Source: Candidatus Kryptoniota bacterium (lineage in GTDB: Bacteria > Bacteroidota > Ignavibacteria > Kryptoniales > JAKASW01). From it: 64,000 bases of DNA. This document shows, piece by piece, positions 28,721 through 38,972 of the stretch. Under the pieces are notes generated by a model, which saw nothing but the letters and a program-made list of their open reading frames with translations, made no database searches and was not told where the DNA came from. The position numbers and the translations under genes are program-made. How positions within the stretch are numbered: the first letter of the stretch is position 1; every line of letters begins with the position of its first letter. The stretch covers positions 49,009 to 113,008 of the forward strand of contig DATCTN010000007.1 of NCBI GenBank assembly GCA_036567965.1, in the 5' to 3' direction.

Positions 28721-29439
28721 CGTTCACTCTCCCGTAGTATCTGCATCATTTCCTTTACCGCTCGCTCCATACCGACTAGAAGAGCACGACAGATGAGCGC
28801 GTGCCCGATGCTGAATTCCTCGATTTCCTCGACCGAGGCAACTTCCGCGAGGTTCTTGTAATCGAGCCCGTGTCCCGCATTGACCATTAATCCTTTCTTT
28901 CGCGCGGACTTGGCTGCCTTCTTTAGGCGTTCGAGCTGATCTCTTTTTCTCGGGCCTTTTGAATTAGCGTACTCGCCGGTGTGGAGCTCAACGAAATCGG
29001 CGCCGGCCTTCCTCGACGCGGTCACCTGCGCCTCGTCTGGCGCAATGAATAGACTGACCAGAATATCCTTGGCGTGGAATCGCGTGATCACGTTTTTCAG
29101 ATGAGAATATTGCGAGACCACATCGAGGCCGCCTTCGGTGGTCAGCTCTGCGCGCCGCTCGGGCACAAGTGTGACCAGATCTGGGATGACATTCAGGGCG
29201 ACCCCGACGATCTCATCAGTTGCGGCCATCTCCAGATCAAGTTTCGTGGTAAGAACTTTGCGTAACAGATAGACATCGTTATCCTGAATATGCCGCCTGT
29301 CTTCACGTAAATGGCAGACTATCCCGTCCGCGCCCGCAACTTCAGCGATAAGTGCTGCACTTACCGGATCGGGAGAGCGTTCTCCCCGAGCCTGCCGCAG
29401 AGTCGCGACATGGTCAATGTTTACTGAAAGTCTCTTCAT
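28717..29439 (-). CDS. pdxJ: Pyridoxine 5'-phosphate synthase
   Basis: LSVNIDHVATLRQARG, VELHTGEYA and NAGHGL. Confidence 0.93.
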   Translation of the reverse strand: MKRLSVNIDHVATLRQARGERSPDPVSAALIAEVAGADGIVCHLREDRRHIQDNDVYLLRKVLTTKLDLEMAATDEIVGVALNVIPDLVTLVPERRAELTTEGGLDVVSQYSHLKNVITRFHAKDILVSLFIAPDEAQVTASRKAGADFVELHTGEYANSKGPRKRDQLERLKKAAKSARKKGLMVNAGHGLDYKNLAEVASVEEIEEFSIGHALICRALLVGMERAVKEMMQILRESER

Positions 29440-30188
29440 ACCTGACCTCCTCTTTGGCGCATGATCTCGTAGCAGATGATACCAGTGGCTACCGACACAT
29501 TCAACGAATCCATTCTCCCGGCTTGCGGAATCGAAAATGTAAAATCAGATTTGTCCCGTAGCAGCTTTCGAACTCCGCTCCCTTCATTTCCCAGGAGGAC
29601 GGCGAGCGGTAGCTTTAGATCAAGTTCCCGGATCGTCACCGGCGACTTCACAACGCTCGTCGCGATCCAGAAGCCTTTTTCTTTGAGATAAGTCATCGTT
29701 TGGTGCAGGTTGCTTTCGCGGGCGATCTTGATATGAAATGCTCCGCCTGCCGACGCTTTGACTGCGGTTTCGTTCAAAGGGGCCTGGCCTTCTCTTGAAA
29801 TCACGACTCCGTCGATTCCGAAGAAGGAGGCGGTTCTCAAAATCGCACCGAAATTTTGAGGGTCCTGGATCCGGTCGAGCAACAGCAGAAATGGGTATTT
29901 CTTCTTAAGACTTACTTCGACAATTTCAGACAGATCGAAGTATTTGATCTGGCTTACCGAAGCTACTATTCCCTGGGGCGATTCGTTTACCTGGAGGCCG
30001 GATGTCAGCTCTGCAAATTGTTTTGAATCGACTTTTGAAATCGGGACGCCGGCCCGTTTTGCCATTGAGTAAATCTCGTTGAGACTGCCTCCATGCGCGG
30101 AATAAAGTATATAAATCTTTGAAATGTTTGATCCCGACCGGAGCGCCTCTGCTACGGCATTCCTTCCTACAATTCTCTCGTCAGCCAC
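29436..30188 (-). CDS. rlmB: 23S rRNA (guanosine-2'-O)-methyltransferase, SpoU/TrmH family (RlmB-like)
   Basis: An N-terminal GRNAVAEAL substrate-binding domain, then DRIQDPQNFGAILRTA, LLGNEGSGV and SLNVSVATGI. Confidence 0.85.
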   Translation of the reverse strand: MADERIVGRNAVAEALRSGSNISKIYILYSAHGGSLNEIYSMAKRAGVPISKVDSKQFAELTSGLQVNESPQGIVASVSQIKYFDLSEIVEVSLKKKYPFLLLLDRIQDPQNFGAILRTASFFGIDGVVISREGQAPLNETAVKASAGGAFHIKIARESNLHQTMTYLKEKGFWIATSVVKSPVTIRELDLKLPLAVLLGNEGSGVRKLLRDKSDFTFSIPQAGRMDSLNVSVATGIICYEIMRQRGGQV

Positions 30189-30273
30189 TTCGGATTCTCA
30201 ATTTCTGATTTTTGATGAAAACGTTCGGGATGTCACCTAATGTGACAGGCTCGGGTCACGCGAAGGGATCTTC

Positions 30274-30516
30274 TCATTGATATTCGGAAAGCTTCTTCAG
30301 GAATGCGGCCTCATCCAGTTTGAACTCAAATACGATTCTGTCGTTTATGAAGACCACAGGGACTTTGTGACCAAACCGTTCGAACAAATCTGTATTATTT
30401 TCCAGAGTTATTCTCTCCAGGAAAAATTTCTTCTCTTTTTTCAGACGCTCCAGAATGATTTCAGCTTCGTCACAAAGACTGCATTCTTCCTTCTTGTAAA
30501 GGAGCACTTTTGTCAT
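30274..30516 (-). CDS. Glutaredoxin-like small protein (DUF836-like)
   Basis: 80 aa. KVLLYKKEECSLCDEA has a CxxC in a thioredoxin-fold context. Confidence 0.7.
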   Translation of the reverse strand: MTKVLLYKKEECSLCDEAEIILERLKKEKKFFLERITLENNTDLFERFGHKVPVVFINDRIVFEFKLDEAAFLKKLSEYQ

Positions 30517-31334
30517 CGAGCAGCGGGCTGTGACTTATGATTGTAGTGAACCATCCCGGCGATGCCGAAAAGTATCATGACTATCGAACCGATCTGCGCC
30601 TCGCTGAGCCCCAGAAGCAGCCGCGGATTGATGCGGATAAACTCTACCAGAAACCGCTCAATGCCCGCAAGAAAAAGATATATCATGAACAGCATGCCAT
30701 TGGGCCTGGCATTCTTCCTCAGCTTCCAGAGCACAAAGAATATCAGAACGCATGCAAGGAATTCATAAACAGGAGTCGGATGAAGCGGCGTATTGTCGGG
30801 TACGATCCCGTGAGGATATTTGGACGCGATCTCCGGAAAATCGCGGAAGGCCACCGAGGGAGGGACTATTCCTTTTGAGTAGTCTACTCCCCACGGAAGA
30901 TTTGTCGGAATTCCGTAGTCCCCGTCGCCGGAGAAGTGACACCCGAGTCGCGCGATACCGTAACCAAGCGTGAGGGCGGGAACAAGACCGTCGGCAACCT
31001 TCATGAAAGAATACTTCTTCCTCCGTACGTCCAGGTAAATCGCCAGAGTCGCAAGAACAAACCCGCCGTACCATGTCAGTCCGCCCGGCGAGAAAGCCAT
31101 GCCGACCGGGTCACGCAGAAAGTCCCCCCAGTTTTCAACAAGCGACAGGATCTTCGAGCCGGCAATACCGAATAGAACGCAGAGTATAGTTATCTCATTT
31201 GCAAAATTCGGATCGAGACCTTTGCGCGTGAATTCCTTGACAGCTACATAATTCGCGGCAAGGAAACCGATGCCCATCATGAGCCCGTAGCTGTAAACGT
31301 TGAAAGGACCGAGCTTGAAAAGTATCGGACACAT
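30513..31334 (-). CDS. lgt: Prolipoprotein diacylglyceryl transferase
   Basis: SYGLMMGIGFL, GGLTWYGG and ARLGCHFSGDG. Multi-TM, 273 aa. Confidence 0.9.
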   Translation of the reverse strand: MCPILFKLGPFNVYSYGLMMGIGFLAANYVAVKEFTRKGLDPNFANEITILCVLFGIAGSKILSLVENWGDFLRDPVGMAFSPGGLTWYGGFVLATLAIYLDVRRKKYSFMKVADGLVPALTLGYGIARLGCHFSGDGDYGIPTNLPWGVDYSKGIVPPSVAFRDFPEIASKYPHGIVPDNTPLHPTPVYEFLACVLIFFVLWKLRKNARPNGMLFMIYLFLAGIERFLVEFIRINPRLLLGLSEAQIGSIVMILFGIAGMVHYNHKSQPAAR

Positions 31335-31338
31335 TAAG

Positions 31339-31779
31339 TCAGTTCTCCGCCACTGCCGCCCACTCGATCGGGTTTGTCAAAATTTCGATGAACTTGCCCT
31401 GTCGCGTTCCCCGCAGTACCTTTATGTTTTTCTTTATCGAGAGTTTGAATTGATTAACTTGTTTTCCTCGTCTATCGATGAATAGTGTGTACTCTCCCGG
31501 CTCGAGATCCTCCATGTCGCATCTGCAGACAGCCGGCCCCGGGCGGGGGAAGTCTGTCAACGGGGTTCTCAGGCCGACGATTTTGAAATAGATCTTGTCG
31601 GCCTCCCTTCGGCTTTCGACGACCAGGTCATACACAAAATTACGGAATTCCTCCGAAGTCCTGAAATGAAACGCCACGCCGGAGCGCTTTGCTATAGGGT
31701 TGCTGAAATGCTCCACGAGAAGCCGGTACTCGATACCTGCATTTGCCTGATATGGCTTCGGCGACTTTTTCTTTGCCAT
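31339..31779 (-). CDS. Hypothetical protein (146 aa, no family recognised)
   Basis: Clean ORF wedged 3-4 nt from both neighbours (ptsN-like upstream, lgt downstream). Basic N-terminus MAKKKSPKPY. Confidence 0.6.
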   Translation of the reverse strand: MAKKKSPKPYQANAGIEYRLLVEHFSNPIAKRSGVAFHFRTSEEFRNFVYDLVVESRREADKIYFKIVGLRTPLTDFPRPGPAVCRCDMEDLEPGEYTLFIDRRGKQVNQFKLSIKKNIKVLRGTRQGKFIEILTNPIEWAAVAEN

Positions 31780-31782
31780 CGG

Positions 31783-32253
31783 TCAGATATCGAAGTAGCT
31801 TGTCTCTTCCTCTTTGAAGAGTTGAACTATTTCCACGGGGTTTTTTGCGCTCAGTAGTTTCTTCCTGAAATCGTCTTTGTTCATAAGCCTGGAGATACGG
31901 CTGAGAAGTTTTATGTGTGGCCCGACCATGTTATCCCTCCCCACGAGAAGGAAGAGCAGTCGGACCGGCTCACCGTCAAGGGACTGAAAGTCGACAGGCT
32001 CACTTGTTACCGCAAACGCAGCGACTATATCGTTTACTGCATCGGTCTTGCCATGCGGAATCGCGAATCCCTTCCCGACGCCTGTCGACATGATTTTCTC
32101 GCGCTCGAAAATTGCGTCGCGCACTTTATCGAGGTCTTTTATCTTTTTCGAACCCCTGAGAAGATCTATGATCGAATTAAGTACTTCTTCCTTGGACTTG
32201 CCGGGCAGTCTAGTCGAGACAAACTCTTCCTGTAATATGTCGCTAATTTTCAT
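31783..32253 (-). CDS. ptsN: PTS EIIA type-2 domain protein (PtsN / EIIA-Ntr-like)
   Basis: VGKGFAIPHGK (phospho-His motif) and LLFLLVG. 156 aa. Confidence 0.82.
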   Translation of the reverse strand: MKISDILQEEFVSTRLPGKSKEEVLNSIIDLLRGSKKIKDLDKVRDAIFEREKIMSTGVGKGFAIPHGKTDAVNDIVAAFAVTSEPVDFQSLDGEPVRLLFLLVGRDNMVGPHIKLLSRISRLMNKDDFRKKLLSAKNPVEIVQLFKEEETSYFDI

Positions 32254-32356
32254 TTCCGGGTTACGTTCCTTTCATTGTACAAACCTTGGTGGAATCTCAG
32301 AAACATTTACCATGCCGGCGGGAGCGCGGTGCAGCAATCTGCCGCTGATCGAAGTC

Positions 32357-34909
32357 TCACTTAGACTCCTCCTTGCCGCCCTCAGCCCAACCTGAAAGCC
32401 ATTTCAGAATCTTTGATTCGAAGCTATCCAGCACTGTTTGTGCGGTTTCTATGTTCTCCGACTCGGCATTTATGTGGAACAGAGCCCGCTCCTTGTCAGG
32501 AAGGAGATGGATCCATGTTCCGTCGTCGAAGTGAACCTTGATGCCGTCGAGAGTCTCTCGATTTTCGTTCTTGGTAATGTCGATGAGTTTCCGCATGATG
32601 CTCCCTTTTGCACTCCACGGGCAATCGACGTTCTTCTTGATCATGTGTAGTCTGGGCACCATCGCGTCGAGCTGAGAGAGACTCAAGCCCGACTTTGCGC
32701 TCATCTCCATGATCTTCGCCACTGAAAACATTGCATCGCTGGCAAACATGAACTTTGGGAAAATGAATCCACCCTTAGTACCTCCTACGAAATCAAATCC
32801 TCCTTCGTAGGCGGCGTTCATGAGCGCCTGGTGTGAGGCCTTCGTGCGGACAACTTCGACGCCGCATTCCTCCGCGATGAGGTCAATTTCACGCGAAGCG
32901 GAGAAGGGAACCGCGATGCGCTTTGCGGTAGGCTCAACTATAGTGAAGAGCTTCGTAATGAGCGAAAGGAGCCGATCCTCTTCGATGAAGCTCCCGTGTT
33001 CGTCCACGGCGAACAATTTTTCAGAGCCCGCATCGAACATGAATCCATAATCGTAATTGAGAGACCTGACGATGTCTCCTAACTGCTTCAAATCACTGTC
33101 TAGCTGCTTTTGAGATCTCGTAAGCCTCTTCGGATCGAGATAAGCGTTCAGCGCCACGACCCGTGCATTGAGCGAGCCGACGATGGTAGGAAACAAAGTA
33201 GAAGCAACGCCATGCGCGTAGTCGATGACAACGTTGAACTTTCTTGCTCTGATCTTCTCGATCTCGAGTGATTTTATGAAGTCTTCCCTATAACTTTCAT
33301 TCGTCCTTTCAGGGAAAAAGATGTCTCCAACCTGATCGTGAGGTGCTCTTGCAAATTCCTCACCATAAAACAATCTCTCAACTGCCTTCACCTTGCTGAT
33401 GGAGAGATCGCGCCCGTCACCGTCGAAGAATATTATGTCCGTGAGATCGGAATCGAACGGGCTCTTCCTCACATGAATTCCGCCGGCAGAGCGGCCGCTC
33501 CTGAGTTCGTGACGGACTATCGGGATCGGCTCGCTTCTCAGGTCGTACACATTCGCACCGGCCGACATGAATCCGACTATCATGGCACGATTTATCATTC
33601 GACTGACTGTATCTGAGTCCCTGCTGCAGACGACATACTTGCCTGGGCCTAACAGGGAACCGAAGGCGGCACCGAGCTTCGACGCAAATTCTGGATGCAT
33701 CTCTATGTTCGATGTCCCGGTCACGCGAGCGTCGCTGAATATTGCAGAGAGCCATTTGTCTTCCCAGACAAGACTCCTCGACAGGGTCGCGCCTGCATCT
33801 ACAACCTTCTTCGGCCACAATTTCACATTGGGACGGATATGAGCGCGTCGTCCGATAATACAGTCGTCGCTAATGAAAACATTCTCTTCTATCGTCACGC
33901 GCTCACCGATGATGGTGTTGCTCCCGATTACATCGCCTGTAATTCTCGACCTCTCGCCGACTGTCACACCGTTCCAAAGAATACTTTTTTGAATCACGGA
34001 ATGAGAATCTATGGTCGAATCGTCTCCTATGACCGTGTCCGAAAGTTCAACCGATTCTCCTATCGTCACGTTTTTCCCGATGACAACTGTGCCCCTGACC
34101 ACGAGACTTTCGGGGAGCTCGCTTCCTTCGGGCGCCACGATTTTCGATCCGTCTAACGGTATGGACCTTCCTTCGAGCTTAACGGAGACTTTATCGTCGA
34201 GGCAGTCGAGATGCGCCTCGACGTACTCGTTCAGGTTTCCGACATCCCTCCAATATCCCTCCGCGGCATATCCGAAGAGAGGCATCTTCTGTTTCAACAT
34301 TAATGGAAAGAGATCTTTGCTGAAGTCGTACTCTTCCCGGTAAGGTATCATTTCGATTACGTCGGGCTCGACAACGTAGATTCCCGTGTTAACGGTATCG
34401 CTGAATACCTCTCCCCAGGTCGGCTTTTCGAGGAAGCGAGCAATCCTTCCCGATTCTTCCGTTATTACCACACCATATTGAAGCGGGTCGCTCACTCTTG
34501 TGAGCACCAGGGTAGCCTTCGACTTCTTTGTCTCATGGAACTTCACGGCCGCTGTGAGATCGCAATCCGTCAGAACGTCTCCGCTTATTACGAGAGTTCG
34601 CGATCCACGAAACAGATCGTAAGCGTTTCGGACACTACCTGCCGTACCGTAGTCCGCTTCGGCTTTCATGTACTGGATTGACGCCCCGAATTGGCTGCCG
34701 TCTTTGAGAAAATTTCTGATGACGTTTGGATGATAAAAAACCAGAACGACGATGTCCTTTATTCCGTGTTTGACGAGCAAGTGCACGATGTGTTCAATCA
34801 TAGGTTTATTCATGATCGGTACCATCGGTTTCGGGATCTTGCTCGTCAGCGGGCGGAGACGCGTACCGAATCCGCCTGCCATGATCACGCCTTTTAACAT
34901 TCGACTCAT
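32357..34909 (-). CDS. Fusion protein: sugar-1-phosphate nucleotidyltransferase + left-handed beta-helix + PGM/PMM-like domain
   Basis: GVIMAGGFGTRLRPLT (NTP-transferase G-loop), hexapeptide repeats in the middle, and a C-terminal alpha-D-phosphohexomutase-like region. Start trimmed to MSRMLKG (ATG 34909); the track ORF extends to 35020. Confidence 0.82.
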   Translation of the reverse strand: MSRMLKGVIMAGGFGTRLRPLTSKIPKPMVPIMNKPMIEHIVHLLVKHGIKDIVVLVFYHPNVIRNFLKDGSQFGASIQYMKAEADYGTAGSVRNAYDLFRGSRTLVISGDVLTDCDLTAAVKFHETKKSKATLVLTRVSDPLQYGVVITEESGRIARFLEKPTWGEVFSDTVNTGIYVVEPDVIEMIPYREEYDFSKDLFPLMLKQKMPLFGYAAEGYWRDVGNLNEYVEAHLDCLDDKVSVKLEGRSIPLDGSKIVAPEGSELPESLVVRGTVVIGKNVTIGESVELSDTVIGDDSTIDSHSVIQKSILWNGVTVGERSRITGDVIGSNTIIGERVTIEENVFISDDCIIGRRAHIRPNVKLWPKKVVDAGATLSRSLVWEDKWLSAIFSDARVTGTSNIEMHPEFASKLGAAFGSLLGPGKYVVCSRDSDTVSRMINRAMIVGFMSAGANVYDLRSEPIPIVRHELRSGRSAGGIHVRKSPFDSDLTDIIFFDGDGRDLSISKVKAVERLFYGEEFARAPHDQVGDIFFPERTNESYREDFIKSLEIEKIRARKFNVVIDYAHGVASTLFPTIVGSLNARVVALNAYLDPKRLTRSQKQLDSDLKQLGDIVRSLNYDYGFMFDAGSEKLFAVDEHGSFIEEDRLLSLITKLFTIVEPTAKRIAVPFSASREIDLIAEECGVEVVRTKASHQALMNAAYEGGFDFVGGTKGGFIFPKFMFASDAMFSVAKIMEMSAKSGLSLSQLDAMVPRLHMIKKNVDCPWSAKGSIMRKLIDITKNENRETLDGIKVHFDDGTWIHLLPDKERALFHINAESENIETAQTVLDSFESKILKWLSGWAEGGKEESK

Positions 34910-35055
34910 CGCTCCATGATGAAAAATCTGTGAAATATAAACGTCGTAGCGCGCAAAATCAAGGAAACAGCGGCAGGTGAACCGCCTAACATGAAGTCCT
35001 GCCGTGCCTTGCGTCTGCATTTGTATAATGATCGCGATTCTGTTAAGTTCTTTCA

Positions 35056-35122
35056 GCCTTTAATTCCATCCAGTGAGGTGGATAAGGCCCTGCCACAATT
35101 CCATCACCTCACGCTTAAAGGC
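35056..35122 (+). promoter_or_regulatory. PyrR-binding leader RNA (binding hairpin 35056-35088 plus competing long-range helix to 35122)
   Basis: GCCUUUAAUUCCAUCCAGUGAGGUGGAUAAGGC contains UCCAGUGAGG, against the remembered PyrR loop consensus UCCAGAGAGG, flanked by a GCCUU/AAGGC stem. It lies directly upstream of pyrR. A TATAAT hexamer at 35024-35029 may be the -10. Confidence 0.6.
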
Positions 35123-35140
35123 CCTTCGTTCAACTCATAA

Positions 35141-36625
<1,485 letters not shown>

Positions 36626-36629
<4 letters not shown>

Positions 36630-37912
36630 AAATTCTGCTGAAGAATGCCAGGGTAATCGATCCCTCGAGCAACATGGACGGAGTATTCGATATCTTCATC
36701 GTCGACGGGACCATTCAGGAAATCGGAGCTTCGCTTGGCGGTAATCCTGTGAACTATGATATCAATCTCAAAGGAAAATTCGTGACTCCGGGTTTGTTCG
36801 ATATGCACACTCATCTGAGAGAACCGGGATTCGAGTATAAAGAGGACATAATGTCCGGAACTGCCGCCGCTGCCGAAGGAGGGTTCACCGCGATTGCGGC
36901 CATGGCGAACACCGATCCAGTGGTCGACTCGGCTGATGTAGTCAAATACGTAATCGAGAGCTCGAAGCGATTCGGGTTAGTCAACGTTTACCAGATTGCC
37001 GCGATCACCGAAGGAAGAAAGGGACAGCGGCTTTCGGAAATGAAAGATCTCAAGGAAGCGGGAGCGATCGCATTCAGCGACGATGGGTCCGCGGTTGCGA
37101 ATTCCCACGTCATGAGACTCGCGCTTGAATACACTTCGATGCTTGGGATGACATTGATTCAACATTGCGAGGACCACGATCTCACCGGGTCAGGTTCGGC
37201 AAATGAGAGTGCAGAGACGATAAGTTACGGTCTCAAAACACAGCACCGGCTGGCTGAAGAACTTATTCTTCAGCGGGATATCAAGCTCCTTGAAGCCTTC
37301 GGAGGGAAATACCACGCCACACATCTTTCGACTGCAGGCTCCGTGAAGGCGGTGGCTGACGCGAAGAAAAAGGGATTACCTATTACCTGCGACGTCACGC
37401 CTCATCATCTTTTTCTGGACGATTCGGTTCTTTCTACATACGATTCGGACTACAAAGTAAATCCGCCATTGAGAACCGTGGAAGACAGGGATGCCCTCGT
37501 GGCCGCTCTGAAAGATGGAACGGTCGACGCGATCGCCAGCGATCACGCACCGCATGGTCTCCATGAGAAAGAAGTAGAATTTGACACCGCGCCGTACGGC
37601 ATGATCGGACTTGAGACTACCCTCGGCGCGGTTATGACAAAACTGTACCACGAAAAAATTCTTCGTATGGAGGAAATAGTACGACTCCTTTCGAGTCAGC
37701 CGAGAAAAATACTCGGCTTACCAATACCGGGGTTTTCTCGCGGTAGCAGGGCTGACATGACAATAATCGATCCGGAGTATGAGTGGGTCGTTGATCCTGA
37801 GAAGTTCAAGTCAAAGAGCAGGAACACCGGATTTAAAGGCTGGCACTTCAAAGGCAGCGCCGTCGGCATCATAAACGGCGACAAGTTTTATCTCTCAGAC
37901 AGGTTGACGTAG
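36626..37912 (+). CDS. pyrC: Dihydroorotase
   Basis: [11 protein letters not shown] and ASDHAPH. 428 aa. ATGA overlap with pyrB. Confidence 0.92.
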
Positions 37913-38014
37913 TGTGCCGCAGATGCCATTGAGTGACTGAAGAAGCCGCAGCTTTTGTCCCCCAATCAAGTCGGGCTGCCTACTGATTTGAATCTCTAGT
38001 TCCATCTACCTGAC

Positions 38015-38587
38015 TCAGTCAACAAATTTAGCCACATGTCTCATCGCACTACTAAGAAGGCCCAGATACTCTTTCCTTGGTATCTCAACTGAACCGAAAG
38101 TACGCAAATGGGGTGTGGTATACTGGACGTCAAGCAGAGTGAATCCTCTTTCTACAAGATGTTTGATGAGGAAGGCGAGAGCCACTTTCGAGCCGCCGGT
38201 CTTTAGGCTAAACATCGATTCGCCGAAGAAAGCAGAGCCAAGTGCGACACCGTACAGTCCGCCTACGACTCCAGATGAGTCAACGCTTTCAACACTGTGT
38301 GCGAGACCAAGTCGTCGCAGCTCAAGGTAGCTTTCAATGATCTCGTCAGTGATCCAGGTTTCACTTCTCCTTGCACAGCTTCTGATGACAGTCTCAAACG
38401 CTGAGTCGATTCTTATCTCGAATTGATTCGTTCGGATGATCTGTTTTGTGGATCGAGGAATGTTGTACTTATCCAACGGAATGATAGTCCTTGGATCGGG
38501 TGAGTGCCAGGATATGACATTGCCCTCCTCGCCCATCGGAAAGTAGCCCGTAGAATAAGCCTTGATGAGGACAGAAGAAGGGATCAT
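38015..38587 (-). CDS. aat: Leucyl/phenylalanyl-tRNA--protein transferase
   Basis: AYSTGYFPMGE, WHSPDPR and GGLYGVALGSAFFGESMFS. Confidence 0.9.
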   Translation of the reverse strand: MIPSSVLIKAYSTGYFPMGEEGNVISWHSPDPRTIIPLDKYNIPRSTKQIIRTNQFEIRIDSAFETVIRSCARRSETWITDEIIESYLELRRLGLAHSVESVDSSGVVGGLYGVALGSAFFGESMFSLKTGGSKVALAFLIKHLVERGFTLLDVQYTTPHLRTFGSVEIPRKEYLGLLSSAMRHVAKFVD

Positions 38588-38800
38588 CTCAGTTGGGCCG
38601 CAGATAATCTGACGACCAATTCACTTCTGTAGATTCTGTTTGCTCCGTACAGGAACCGTTGCGGGACTTGGCAGCATTTTCCGTATCGGCGAATGTTGGA
38701 TGGAACGCTAGATTCATCACGACATGAATTTTATTCTGAAATGATTCAAAATGCAAAGGTTTTGGAATCGGCTTCCAGGAAAACGGCCACCGCGCGAATC

Positions 38801-38829
38801 TTGCATTTGTTGCGGGTGTTAGATATATT
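38801..38829 (+). promoter_or_regulatory. Sigma-70-type promoter candidate (TTGCAT-17 nt-TATATT)
   Basis: -35 TTGCAT at 38801-38806, a 17-nt spacer, -10 TATATT at 38824-38829. Predicted TSS is about 38836. Confidence 0.5.
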
Positions 38830-38851
38830 TTTTTACAGATAATTCGGACAA

Positions 38852-38926
38852 ATGTTGAAGAGAAGAAACGAGATTCTGATCAGGAAGTTTTTGAAACTAA
38901 ATCAGAGCTTCGGTAAGAATAAATGA
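38852..38926 (+). CDS. Candidate 24-aa leader peptide / sORF (MLKRRNEILIRKFLKLNQSFGKNK)
   Basis: ATG 38852 to TGA 38924-38926, lying between the candidate promoter and the intrinsic terminator. There is no SD, so translation is uncertain. Confidence 0.25.
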   Translation: MLKRRNEILIRKFLKLNQSFGKNK

Positions 38927-38960
38927 AGTGTTCCAATGAGAAGCGGAACACTTTTTTTTT
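38927..38960 (+). terminator. Rho-independent terminator
   Basis: AGTGTTCC (38927-38934), a 10-nt loop, GGAACACT (38945-38952), then a run of 9 T (38952-38960). Confidence 0.8.
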
Positions 38961-38972
38961 GCTTTATTTTAG

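Noticed and set aside
34910-35020. A 37-codon N-terminal extension of the 887-aa ORF (MQTQGTAGLHVRRFTCRC...).
   Set aside because: The nucleotidyltransferase G-loop begins right after Met38 (MSRMLKGVIMAGG). The extension would also run into the divergent pyrR promoter/leader region. Similar 5' over-extensions were trimmed for pyrB, argC, AMMECR1, Memo-like, pyrD and the receiver gene.
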